A stretch of 62,986 nt of DNA, filler included, from Pelomyxa schiedti (GCA_020536535.1; 12 parts of 12 records of this genome joined end to end with filler, not necessarily neighbours in it), one strand, 5' to 3'; shown: positions 1 to 12,077, counted from the first letter of the whole stretch. Program-made: numbers and translations. Notes: generated from the sequence alone by a model not told the origin.

Positions 1-40
1 TGCTTCTTCATCACCACCAGCAACAGAAACAGAAGGAAGA

Positions 41-1180
41 GTGGGCGCGACGAGAAGGCCATTGGAGGCCATGGTGTCCTTGTTTGAGGTGAAGGGGAGG
101 GAGACAACCAAGTGTGATGTGACAGTGGACTCTAAAAGCGAGGTGAGTGTTGCGGTTTGTGCAGTGAGCCTCGTTGGATCATCTGAGCCAACACAGCGTG
201 CCACTGTCCCTCCACTCCCACCAACGAGGGAGGTTGAGGTGTTTGCATGGGGTGCCGCTGGCGGCGCAGAAAACGCACGCAACATGGCAGGTGGCCCAGG
301 GGGGTTCAGTACAGCCAGGATGCTGATCAAGACTGGCACACAACTCACCATCATGGTGGGCCAGGGTGGTGCTGGTGTGGTCTACAGCCCAAGTGGAGTG
401 GTACCAACAACTAGGAGGTCATTTGGTGGTGGTGGAAGTGGTGGCTGCACCGGTACTCCCGGTCGCCACAGTGGGGGAGGGGGTGGTGGGTGCAGCGCGG
501 TGATGGTGGGGGGTGTGCCCCTCGTCGTGGCTGGCGGCGGTGGCGGCTCCGCCATAAACCAAGACACGCACGGGTACGGGGGAGGGGGAGGGGGCGAGAC
601 AGGGAGTGCGGACGGGGACCAGCGCAAGAGGGCAACACAGGAGGCACCAGGTGGCTGGGGTGACAACTCCCCACAGTGCGGTGACAAGTTCCGCGGTGGT
701 GACGGCTTCAACGTACCCACAGGCTCCGGCGACTATGGTGGTGGGGGAGGCGGTGGGGGACTGTACGGGGGTGGTGGTGGACACACCTACAGCCAGGGCA
801 CTGGTGACAGTGGGGGAGGGGGAGGGAGTGGGTACGTGGTGGCACCGACAACCACAGCCACAACGAGCAGCAGCCGTGGCACCGGGGTGGTGGTGGGTGA
901 TGGTGGGTGTGTTGTGGGTGTGATCAGCTCGCGCACCGTGTGTGGACAACGTGCCACCACCACCGACACAGCCACGACGCCACCCGAGACCAACAACGAG
1001 CACTACCGCGACGGTGCCGGTGGTTGCGTGGCACCAACAACCTGCCTCCACCCTGTTGATGGGAACCACGGGTTGGTTGTTGTTGTGGTCAAGGGGGGCA
1101 CAACAGCCACAAACAAAACCAACACCGACACTCACGTATTCCGCTACACTGGACAGAATCAATCCGTAACCGTAAACTGA
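41..1180 (+). CDS. Glycine-rich domain protein (ALK/LTK-type Gly-rich), probably 5'-partial
   Basis: Motifs WGAAGG, GGPGGFS, VGQGG, LVVAGGGGG, GGGGGSG and a terminal GNHGLVVV, typical of this domain. Confidence 0.65.
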   Translation: MGATRRPLEAMVSLFEVKGRETTKCDVTVDSKSEVSVAVCAVSLVGSSEPTQRATVPPLPPTREVEVFAWGAAGGAENARNMAGGPGGFSTARMLIKTGTQLTIMVGQGGAGVVYSPSGVVPTTRRSFGGGGSGGCTGTPGRHSGGGGGGCSAVMVGGVPLVVAGGGGGSAINQDTHGYGGGGGGETGSADGDQRKRATQEAPGGWGDNSPQCGDKFRGGDGFNVPTGSGDYGGGGGGGGLYGGGGGHTYSQGTGDSGGGGGSGYVVAPTTTATTSSSRGTGVVVGDGGCVVGVISSRTVCGQRATTTDTATTPPETNNEHYRDGAGGCVAPTTCLHPVDGNHGLVVVVVKGGTTATNKTNTDTHVFRYTGQNQSVTVN

Positions 1181-1216
1181 AATAAAAACTTCGGTGCAAC
1201 GCCGTAAAACGGCTTT

Positions 1217-1616
1217 ATGGCGGGTTTATCATTGTTGGATGGCGACTACATCGACCCCTCTTTACTGGACCAGAATGAGGACAGCGACGAAGACGACGAA
1301 GAGGAAGTAGTCCTCCCAACACCCACCCCTTCCTCCTCGTCATCAGTTACCGCAGCACCCTCTACCACCACACCTTCGTCCTCATCAACCGCCGCAGCAA
1401 GCAGCACCAAGGAGCCCGCCGCTGCCGCCGCCCCCCCGCAGGCCTCCAAGGTGCCCCCCCAGCAGGCCGCCGCGTCTACCCCCGCCAAGGCCCCGGCGGC
1501 CCCCGCGACCCCCGCAGCCAAGGTGCCCACGATGCCGGCATCGGCGACCACGCGGGCGCGCACCGCCTCCACGTCGGCGGAGCGGCGGCCCACGACGGTG
1601 ACGGCGGCGGGCCGGC
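1217..1616 (+). CDS. Hypothetical acidic/Ala-Pro-rich protein, N-terminus truncated by contig end
   Basis: ATG ORF with GC-rich codons running into the linker. Confidence 0.5.
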
Positions 1617-1716
1617 NNNNNNNNNNNNNNNNNNNNNNNNNNNNNNNNNNNNNNNNNNNNTTAATTAATTAANNNNNNNNNNNNNNNNNNNNNNNNNNNN
1701 NNNNNNNNNNNNNNNN
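1617..1716. other. Artificial contig linker N-TTAATTAATTAA-N (also at 7023, 8254, 11125, 12629, 14395, 29168, 33004, 39278, 45814, 48280)
   Basis: Identical 100-nt spacer with stops in all six frames. Confidence 0.97.
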
Positions 1717-2250
1717 GGTGGTTGTGCACAGCACAACAAACACCACGTGCCTAGTGTTTTCTAGGCAAGTGCACAGCACAACAATCACCACGTGCCTAGT
1801 GTTTTCTAGGCAAGTGTGTTGTTCCTTTTAGTGTGGTGGTTGTGCACAGCACAACAAACACCACGTGCCTAGTGTTTTCTAGGCAAGTGCACAGCACAAC
1901 AATCACCACGTGCCTAGTGTTTTCTAGGCAAGTGTGTTGTTCCTTTTAGTGTGGTAACCACATTAAAACAGAAGGGCACTGCGCAGTGCCCTTCTGTTTT
2001 AATGTGGGCAGCACAGTGCCCTTCTGTTTTAATGTGGGCAGGAGGAGAAGGAGATGGCACTTATTCATTTTTATTTGTTGTTGAGGGGGGCAAGAGGGAG
2101 GTGCACTTCGTTTGCACACTTTTGTGTGGGGAAGAAAGACTCATGGGTAGAGAAGGAAGCAGAAGCAAGAAGAAGATAAGATAATAAATATGTAATTAAA
2201 ATGATACATACATACCTATAGCAGCACACAGTCAAACATGGCTGTGCTAT
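1717..2250. repeat. Fold-back repeat family copy A: two 118-bp hairpin units, a 50-bp palindrome and a shared tail
   Basis: Near-identical to 6501-7017; perfect palindrome at 1958-2007. Confidence 0.9.
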
Positions 2251-2500
2251 AAGATGATTATGGGATCGTATGGGTCATATTGGTACTGTGTGATGCTGTA
2301 GAGACTGAATGGCAAGACACAGCTTTTGGCACCATTCCCCTGCGTGCCATATATAAGATCTCCCTTTCAAAAAGATCATAATGGTTGCGAAACTGTTTTT
2401 GGTGACGGGCAAATGCTACACAAGGATATTACCAGTTCTGCATTGAGGCACCTGAAGATGGTGACTACAAAGTGACGACTCGCCGCCTCATGAACAGGAG

Positions 2501-4194
2501 ATGCTGTCGATCTGGGACGCCCTTCCGCCTCCCCAGTCGCCACAACAACAACAGCAAGATCTTTCGCCCTCCTCATCAAATCAATTTTCTTTTAATTCGG
2601 CAGCGTTGCCATTGTCGTCTTTGTCGCCGCACCCCACGTTATCCTCCTCCCCCCTCGGCTCCTCAGTCTCCTCCCCTGGCAATGGCCATGTTGATCTTGT
2701 AGTACAACGGCTGGGCACCGCTGCAGAGGGGAATGAGGAGGAGGAGGCACAAGAAGAGCGGGAACGCGGGCCGCTGGTAATCAGGGCACTGCCGCCCAAG
2801 CCGGCGCCCCACCAACCAACAGTCCAAAGAGTACAAGGTCCACAAGAGGATGTTGTACACCTACTACTACCGCTGCAGTGGAATGGGAACTCTGCCGACG
2901 TTGCTATCGAACAGCAGCCAAATGCACAATAACATGAACAGAGGCCAGGTCGAGCAGCTGTTTCCTGCGTATTGCCCGTGAGTGTTTTCTCTTCCTTTGG
3001 GAAATGTAATTCTAATTGAGATTGACTGTGTTTATATTAATTAATAATTTAGATTGTCTCGTTTATTATTAATTATTTATATTCAGAGTGAATGTCACGC
3101 GTCAGTTTAGCTCAAAGAATACTTTCATTGCATTCCGTTCTGACGACCATGCGCAAGCCGCGTACGACTGCGTGTGGGGGCCACACTTCAACCTGCGTTT
3201 CGTCACTGCAGAACAACAAACGTCGGCTTCTTCTAGTACTCCTCTTCCTCCGCCTCCTAGTCCTGCATTGCCTTTGATTACGAGAAATTCATCATCAAAG
3301 TTGGAGACTTCGGCTTTGGAAAAAAGCTGCCATTGTCCTTTGATGACCGTGATGTAGTTGGAACATATGGCTCCGGAGCTTTGGAAGCTCGGGATTTTGG
3401 CAACGTCCGAGATGTCCGATGTGTATACTCTCCCTATCTATATCCTTCCTCATACTTCCTCTAGTTTTGCATTTGGACTTGTTCTGCTAGAGATTTTAGT
3501 TGAGAGACCGGTATTCTCCGAGGGTGCATGGGCAAGAGTGCCACAGAGTGGAAAAACAGATGAGGAATACCAACAGTTGGTGAGGATGCGGCTGGAGAGC
3601 CTGAAAGCCTTTGTATTGCAAGGAGGAAGACCCGACATCCCAGACACAGTACCAGTAGGCCCTGACAAGGGAAAGCCGACGCCGCTCGCTCTGGTTTTCC
3701 TCTGCTCACTTGGTTGTTTTTTCCCTAACTACATTTGTGCCAGTTCAAGCTCATTTGGTGGTGCCTAGAGACTGACAAGTGGACGATGTAGCCCCTCAAA
3801 CTTATTTCCTTCCCTTCTCACTCATTCCACTCAGAGGCCGACAATGGAACAGGCAGTTGACATGCTCCAGGAACTTTCAAACCAATACCCAGAACCTTCC
3901 AGCCTTTGACTTCAAGGCCCTCCTCTCTCTGCGTTTCAGTGATTTAAAAACAAAAGATTTTGGGGAATGAGCCGAGACTGTTCTTTTCCCAGGAAGCTGG
4001 AGTGCATTGCGTCGAATTGTTGTTGCGGTATATTAGCTTGCCCTTTTTGTTGCTCATCACTGAGGGGTATATCCAAAAGAATGGACAAGGCCGGCCTTCA
4101 ATTGATCAGTGGTTATGATTCCGTAGCAACCAACATACATTTGCCGGAAGAGCCGGCTCACCTGACAAATAATGGAGTGTTCAGTATGAAGTAA
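2501..4194 (+). CDS. Multi-exon, possibly chimeric gene: RRM-like segment followed by a TKL-type kinase C-lobe
   Basis: NTFIAFRSDDHAQAA (RNP1-like); IKVGDFGFG at ~3293, HMAPELW, SDVY..FGLVLLEIL, GGRPDIP; no kinase N-lobe found; boundaries approximate. Confidence 0.55.
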
Positions 4195-5514
4195 GAAGGG
4201 TGGCTTACTACACTCTTGCTATGCTCCTCTGATCTGACTATATAATGCTCTCATTAGTTGCAACTGCCTCCAACACATCCACCAAGCACAGATCACATAG
4301 TGATGGTGATGTGACAATATGCCCCACAACAGTGTCAAAAGAAGAAGCTCTTGGGCAGAAACACCCCAGTGACACAGTGACAGTGGACACAACAGTGTCC
4401 CGAAAACGAGAGCGAATTCTTTCTTCGTAATGTAATTGCCAAGCAAGAGAGCAGCCCCAGAGAAAATTTCTGGGGGGGAGAAAAGTTGGTATTACGAAAA
4501 CAGGGGTTCAGGAACAAACTGGGCGACGCCGACATCCACCAAAAGGAGGCACTGCGACGGAGCCACCAGTTGCGGCGGGGCATGATTTGCACGGACGTCA
4601 CAAGGGGGCATACTCGCCGCCTGCACTGTCCGAACCGACAACCCCCGGGAGGGTGGCGGTGGGACCCATCAGGTCGTGGCCGGTTATACACAGAGATAAC
4701 CGACACAACAGCGGGGGGTGTGTTTTATGCCATGTGCACCTTGGACGTCCGGAAACCCGACACCCCGTCTGTGATGCACACTCCCGATCCCAGATCTTCC
4801 CGTTTTTCTGTTTTTATGTCTGCTTTTGTTTTTTTTTGGAGGAGCGATAAGCAGGGCACTGCTGCCAGTGGTTGACAGGTTTATGGTATTTTCCCAAGTA
4901 ACAACACTGTGCAGGCGGCAAGGATTCGAATTCGGCTTGTTGTGATTTTTTGTCCAATCTGAAGATTCTTCTACACAATGGATTTCCCTTTGGCATTACA
5001 AAAATGTAGTTTGATCCATAAGTCCCACAGAGGAAGAGAACGTGAGAGTGAAGAGAATAAAGAGTTCTCTTGTTTGTTCTTGTTGTTGTTGTAAAGGGAT
5101 AAAAAGGGAGTGTGTAAAATCTCACAGAGTGGTTGTGTGATCCTCTTGTTCTCTTTCTCAAAACAGGCAAGCTTCAATGCATGCTCCAAGCTATCATTTT
5201 GCCTTTTTTTGTATCAGGATTTTTGTATTGAAATGAGGTGAACTTGGTGTGTGTTTATAAAGGATTCCAAAGGCTGAGTGTCCAGTCTCAAGTCTTGTGG
5301 GTGTGCCCTGTGCACAGTTTGCCTGTGTTCTGCTGGGACAACAGCAGATCTCAGAGAGGTGTGTAGCAACCAGGTGCTATTTTTGAGTGCTCCACTCACC
5401 CCACAAAATTCTGCTGTTTTGTCTAGTGTTATGGATTACATATTCATTGTACCAGGAAACGCAGTAATTTCAGTACAAAAGAAAATATGGAAACAAAACC
5501 AAAAAAAAAAAAAA

Positions 5515-7022
5515 GGTAACCACACAAAAGTGTGCAAACGAAGTGCACTACTTTTGTGTGGGGAAGAAAGACTCATGGGTAGAGAAGGAAGCAGAAGCAA
5601 GAAGAAGATAAGATAATAAATATGTAATTAAAATGATACATACATACCTATAGCAGCACACAGTCTTCTTAGCAGCAGGAGCAAGAAGAGGAGGAAGTGA
5701 GGTGTGACACTGCAGAGGAGACTGTGGCTGCTACACCACTGAGTGGTGTGAGGAGGAGAGTGTGCACCCCTTATCCCCCTCCCCCACAAAAAAAAAAAAA
5801 AAGAAAAAAAAGAGACCTGATTTGATTTGATGACGATGATGATGATGATGATGACTCAGTACCTCAGTGCCTCACAGTGCCTCAGTGCCTCAGTGAAAGA
5901 TGTGTGCTCAAACATGGCTGTGCTCTAAAATGTTAAAAAACCCCAATGAATTCCATCAAGAGGATTATGGGATAATGTGATCCAACCTTTTCAAAATCTG
6001 AAAAGGTTTTTTCTGAGAAAACTGAGTTTTGTCAGTTTTCCGAGAAAATCTCATCAAATTTGAAAGGGTTTTCTGAGAAAACTTTTTTCTCAGTCCCTCA
6101 GTCTCTCAGTCTCTCTCAGAGTTGGTTTTTGCGCCTTTTTCTCGGGAATTCCCAGAAAAAAAATATATAAAGGAAAAAAAAAAGGAAAAAAATCATAAAT
6201 AAAAATCAAACAAGAACAAGTGGTGATGAGGATGAGTGACAAGGGCAAGCAGCAGCAACAGCAAGGTCATGGTGGTGATGATGGTGGTGGTGTTGATGGT
6301 GGTGCTGGTTTGGTTGTGGTGGGTCTTGTGGTGTCTTGTTTTTTTTTTTTGTTTGTTTTGCTTTGGTTTTTTCTTTTAGTGTGGTGGTTGTGCACAGCAC
6401 AACAAACACCACGTGCCTAGTGTTTTCTAGGCAAGTGCACAGCACAACAATCACCACGTGCCTAGTGTTTTCTAGGCAAGTGTGTTGTTCCTTTTAGTGT
6501 GGTGGTTGTGCACAGCACAACAAACACCACGTGCCTAGTGTTTTCTAGGCAAGTGCACAGCACAACAATCACCACGTGCCTAGTGTTTTCTAGGCAAGTG
6601 TGTTGTTCCTTTTAGTGTGGTGGTTGTGCACAGCACAACAAACACCACGTGCCTAGTGTTTTCTAGGCAAGTGCACAGCACAACAATCACCACGTGCCTA
6701 GTGTTTTCTAGGCAAGTGTGTTGTTCCTTTTAGTGTGGTAACCACATTAAAACAGAAGGGCACTGCGCAGTGCCCTTCTGTTTTAATGTGGGCAGCACAG
6801 TGCCCTTCTGTTTTAATGTGGGCAGGAGGAGAAGGAGATGGCACTTATTCATTTTTATTTGTTGTTGAGGGGGGCAAGAGGGAGGTGCACTTCGTTTGCA
6901 CACTTTTGTGTGGGGAAGAAAGACTCATGGGTAGAGAAGGAAGCAGAAGCAAGAAGAAGATAAGATAATAAATATGTAATTAAAATGATACATACATACC
7001 TATAGCAGCACACAGTCTTCTT
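5515..7022. repeat. Fold-back repeat family copies B/C: ~1352-bp tandem unit containing three 118-bp hairpin units
   Basis: ACTTTTGTGTGGGGAAGAAAG recurs at 5550 and 6902; 118-bp period over ~6380-6737; palindrome at 6742-6791. Confidence 0.9.
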
Positions 7023-8084
7023 NNNNNNNNNNNNNNNNNNNNNNNNNNNNNNNNNNNNNNNNNNNNTTAATTAATTAANNNNNNNNNNNNNNNNNNNNNN
7101 NNNNNNNNNNNNNNNNNNNNNNTTCCTTCCACTTCTTACAGACACGAAAGCACCTGCACGTATACACGGTTTTTTCCGGTTTTTGTTAGTAACCAACTGA
7201 TAACGCATACGAGCACAGTGAAGTGACATCCAAGAATGAAGCCACTCTCACGACCCACACTTGGTCACACTCGGCTCCAAAAAGTGTAGATGATGATGTC
7301 ATCGCCTGCAGCGACAATTGACGATGGCGTGGGACTTGTTTTGTTGTTGTGGCTGTTGATTGTGTGTCAGTTGGGAGCCCACTTCAGTGCACCTGTGTGT
7401 TGATCAGAATGGGATTTTTGTTTCATTGATTTTGGTGTTCTGTGAGAGAGTTTTCTGTGGGGTTGTTGTTGTTTGGGTTTGTTGAGGCAAAATGAAGGGA
7501 GTTGTTGGTGCGTTTGTTGCTGTGTTGGAGTATTAGTAAGTAAAATGGCAGAGCTTGGTTTAGTCTTAGGGGTGAGTTATTGATTTACTAGCGGGTCAAT
7601 AAGCTTTAACGTCAAAGCAAATGTATAATATATTCCTTAAGGGCCTTCATAGCTTCGTTTTTTTTTTTTTTTTTTTGGTGTTGCTGTTAACCAAAAAACC
7701 CACAAGGACCGCATCACTCACTTTTTTGCCCTGTATCTTTTTGAAATGGATGTATCCCCATCTCTACGTAAGGGGTGATCTAACATTTAACCCTTGGAAC
7801 TTCGCTTGTGGTGTTACGTTTTGTTGTTGCATGGAGCAATCCACCCAAGCAATACGTTTCACCTTCTCCGCTTTGGTTTGTTCCACACAATTGGCAGAAC
7901 TTCTATCTGCCTATCTGGTGATGTGGATTTCGTTCTATCTAATGTTCAGCGCCCCCGTATAGAAGCCACAAATACTGCTTCTCCATTTGGAGTAAGCAGC
8001 TTTTCAACTAACAATACAATCACAAACCAAATTTTGGTGAGTATCATCATACTCAGCAAATTGGTGACAGCTTAAGAGTACGAA

Positions 8085-8253
8085 ATGGAAGCGGTGAGAC
8101 AAGAACTGATTGTCCCACCGAGGCTCCACGAATACTTCAAATTGGATCCCATAACTAAAAGGTGGGCACCAGCCAAGACCCACACCGTCGACTGCGTACT
8201 TGCTGGACTTTACATTGGCGACCTTGAAGGCGCGTTCGACACACAGGTTACTT
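8085..8253 (+). CDS. Dual-specificity phosphatase, N-terminal fragment
   Basis: VDCVLAGLYIGDLEGA resembles the start of the DUSP catalytic domain; truncated by contig end. Confidence 0.55.
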
Positions 8254-8353
8254 NNNNNNNNNNNNNNNNNNNNNNNNNNNNNNNNNNNNNNNNNNNNTTA
8301 ATTAATTAANNNNNNNNNNNNNNNNNNNNNNNNNNNNNNNNNNNNNNNNNNNN

Positions 8354-11029
8354 TCGGGTCCGTATTGCAGGCCCTTCGACACGCACTTTGGGCAAACGAA
8401 CGAGAGCTCCAATGAGGGTTGATGAGCCATAATCAATCGAGCTACCCCTGTGAGCAAAGCAAGAGCAGCCGTCATTGGGTTGTTCTTCCAGATGATTTGT
8501 GTTCCCAAGTTCTTGGGGTGGATTGTTGTTCTCATGACAACCTCAACTTGTTCTTCCCGTGTGACTCTGTCCACAACGCGGTTCATCAGCAAGTAAAATG
8601 CTTGTTGTTGTTGTTCTCCACTGCCCTCACTCGTCATAGAGATAACAATGCCCTCCCTCCAGAAACATTCTGGCGTAACATCTGGAATGTTGCACAGTGC
8701 GCACATCACTGTGGTGAATGCTTCAACAGGCAGAAACCCAAAGTCTATCAGGCAGCCATGTGTTGCAACCACCACATGGTCCTTCCCGAGATTCCAGAAG
8801 GATTTAACAACATCAGTAGTGTCAGCCACGGATTTCTCAGGGAGAAGAAAGAAAGAGGCATGTGGTTTTCCATGGATGTCCATCGTCATCCCCAGTTGTT
8901 CCAAAGGATGCATTGTTGTTGCCCTGAGTCTCATGGGATCAAGGGTGAAGGAAGTGGCAGAGCCACAACCAAAGTCCATCATGACATCCTGGCTGATTTT
9001 GGATGTGATCTCAGTGAACCAAGCTGGCTCCAAAACAAAAATCTCGTTCTTTGTGTCTGTATGGTAGTGGTGGTTGTTGAAGGGGTTGATGATTCCACTG
9101 CTGGAACAGTGCCCCAATTGAAAAATTGCCCCAATGTCAGACAACCAGGCAAAGCACATTCCCATTTCCTCTTCTTCTCTGTGTTTGCTGATTTTTCTCG
9201 TTTTCTGCCCAACTCCACACTCACGTGCGATTCTGGCAAGCTGGGACCGTTCCAGGATTGCTTTGGTAGTATTAGTACCCAGGAGGCGGCTGTGTAGCTT
9301 CACCCAGCTTTGTGGGGCATACTTTGACTCTGGAGAAGTATGTTGCCGATCAATGGCATAAGAAAGGTCCTGCATGATGTGGCTGCTTGGGTGTAGGTCA
9401 TTACGGAAATCATAGCCATGTCCATTGGCCATGTTAACTGCAAAGCGTCCACAGAAGTCAATTTTGGATTGCCAGTGGCTGGTGATTGTGTCAAACAACT
9501 TCTTGAACGAATGAGTACCACCCAAATCATCATCACTGTAGAATCCCACAAGAATCACTTTGGGGCCTGTAGGTGGGAGCCAGTGCAACCTTTCAACCGT
9601 TTTCTTGGTGTTGTGGCATGAATAAAGTTGTTGGAGCCAGAAGTGCAATTTCTGGAGTGAGACATTGGTGGCCAAAAATGAGGCATCAAAAACGAGCACG
9701 AAAATCGAGTCAGCCAAGAAGAAACAGGGGAAAAATGGGTTCCAGTCCTCATTTTTCCCTCCTGTGTTTTGTGTTTCAAAAAAGTTCAGGTGGGTGAAAA
9801 GAGGAGGAAACGAACCTAACTCCCATGCTATCCAGTCCTTCGTTCCCGTAGTCTGCATTCTGAAAGGTTTATTGTGCACCTTGATGATGAGTTCTGCAGA
9901 GGCAGCTATTGCCTTGCTGTGCGTGGGTTTCACCTGAGTCTTGAGTTTGTTCTCCTTCAGGCACTTCAACAATCCTACTTTGAGAGGGTAAGGTCCCCCA
10001 ACAAGAACGATTCTGTTGATTTTGGTGTCTAGGGGGCAGGCTGGCCTTTCACCAAACAGATGGAAGGTTTTGAGAAATTCCCACTTGTTGAAGTTGAACT
10101 TCTTAGTCTCTTCCATCATTGCCGAGCCTGCCAGCAGGTTGAAATTTAAGTTCACGTCTTGCACTCTTGCATGAAAGAGCCAGTCTGGAATTTCTTTGAT
10201 TTGGCTCCTAGAAAAATTAAGTGTGGAACAAGAGATGCCTTCAAGCTGAGGTGGGATGAACAACAATGGCAACGTTGAAAGGTCGATGACTGAAGTGAAG
10301 ATGCGGGTGCTTTTTATCTGATTTTTAGAAGGTGAAAAGAAGAGCAGCGCCTTCAGAGCAGGCCAATTCCCGGCTCTCACCCACGTACGCACAGCACGTT
10401 GTTGCACATATGAATCCTCCTCTGGAAGAAGAAGGTTCTGCAGCATTGACCGAACAGTTACAGGGTCCATCTGCTCAATGTCAATGGATCCCTCCTCCTG
10501 TGGAAACTGTGGAACAGCTGGCCAAGGAAGAAGACTGGGTACACTGCCACGACCTGAGTGAAATTAGAATTCTTTAAAGAATTGTAATTTTGAAACTTGG
10601 GTCAGGTCGCTGTGTTGAATGTGCTACTTCCGCAACTGAACGTATCAACTCTATCAAGTGGGTTCTTGATATTGTGTTCCACTTGAGCAACTTCATTGCA
10701 TTCAACTTATTATCTGTATCAGATTTTTTTTTGAAAAAAAGAAAAGGAAAAGACAGCCTCCATCCACATACATAAAACGCCACACCAAGTGGTGATGTCT
10801 CTGGTTTATCAGGGCTATATACCCGCTCCTTCTGACAGAAGTTCAACATAATCAAGTACCTCCCCGTGGAAGCCACTCTATCAGCCTCTTTGCCAAGGAG
10901 TTCCACGTAACCCCAGCGTGAATTTACGTCCCTGTCAGTAATTTCCGGCATCAGTGCCAGTACCACAGTACCTTCACCAGTTGCACATCTCTCCTCCATC
11001 ATTCCACTTCCGCCCTGCCTGTGAAACAC
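8354..11029 (-). CDS. LRR-Roc-COR (ROCO-like) protein with degenerate GTPase motifs, 3'-truncated
   Basis: 722-aa ORF with LRR-like segment, RIVLVG, WELG, SIFVLVFD, FWLQQL, VILVG and COR-like WLSDIGAIF, FVLEPAWF, FGFLP, FWREG; upstream ORF 10574-11029 probably supplies 5' exons. Confidence 0.7.
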
Positions 11030-12077
11030 AACGCTGCCAACACAGTCACTCCCTGAACTGCGTTTCGTTTCTTCTGAAGATAATAATGTTTCTGATGATG
11101 ACGATGGCGTTGTTGTTGTTGTTGNNNNNNNNNNNNNNNNNNNNNNNNNNNNNNNNNNNNNNNNNNNNTTAATTAATTAANNNNNNNNNNNNNNNNNNNN
11201 NNNNNNNNNNNNNNNNNNNNNNNNAATTGTATCTAACAGCCGCACAGGTGGAGTGGTTGGTATTTGTGATCATATGTGCACTTCTTGTTGGGGGTCCATT
11301 TGCGGGCTGGTCCTACTACCAACTCAAGTATGACAATGGCAACAACGGCAACAGCAACCACAACAACAACAAACCACACAGAAGGTGACATTTTACAAAT
11401 TTAAAAATAACCATTCTTCAAGTTTTGATTTCGTGGAAGTTGTTATTACTACTATTTTGATCAGAATTTCTGGCATCCTTGCCATGCCCTCACAATTGTG
11501 CCTCCCTGTAACAGGGGTCCACCCCAGAATTGGCCCAACCACTTTTGCAGGTTGAAAACCCTGGGAAGCTCCAGTAGTCCGAAAGATGAACAATTTCGAT
11601 TTTGCTGGGAAGATCCAGATCTGTGGTGTAAAAAAGGCGATGCGCACCAACAAAAGGAAACAAATCAACAGCAACAACTACGACAATCGCACAAGGGCAC
11701 CATTCAATGGGGTCTGTCGTTGTGGTGTCACAGATCATAGTCACACACACTGATCGGGGGGAGTCGATCACTCGATGACGAACACCAGCCACGCCGTTGA
11801 ACAGCCTGGGGGGCTGCAGGTCGGTCTAGGGCGCAGGAGTAGCCCAGTGGGGGGGGCGTCGGCGCCCCGCTTCGGGCACATCCCTCCTCGCGGGGGTGTC
11901 TGTCGCGGCTCCACCGGTGCCTCTGCTTGCAATTTATAACTCCGGCTCCACTCTGCTCACTTGCTCGCGCTGTGGCTTGTTTCTTCTTGTGGGATCTTAC
12001 TTGCTTGCTGTTGATTTTTGAACTGACTCTCTGACGCCTCAAGAACGAAACAAGTTGGGGTTGTGGGTGGCGCGGTG

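Noticed and set aside
1661-1672. Recurrent TTAATTAATTAA palindrome
   Set aside because: Synthetic linker between contigs
1740-1935. CRISPR-like array of a 31-bp palindromic repeat
   Set aside because: The spacers are two alternating identical sequences, there are no cas genes, and the context is eukaryotic
4450-5500. Possible transposon end and BED-finger fragment
   Set aside because: No matching TIR or convincing motif found
11760-11850. 5.8S rRNA or SRP RNA resemblance
   Set aside because: Only short, interrupted matches; the conserved GNRA helix 8 and the 5.8S core are absent
11873-11905. HDV-like ribozyme core CCC-TCCTCGC-GGG
   Set aside because: No P2 and no GG for P1.1 in the required places; it folds as a simple hairpin
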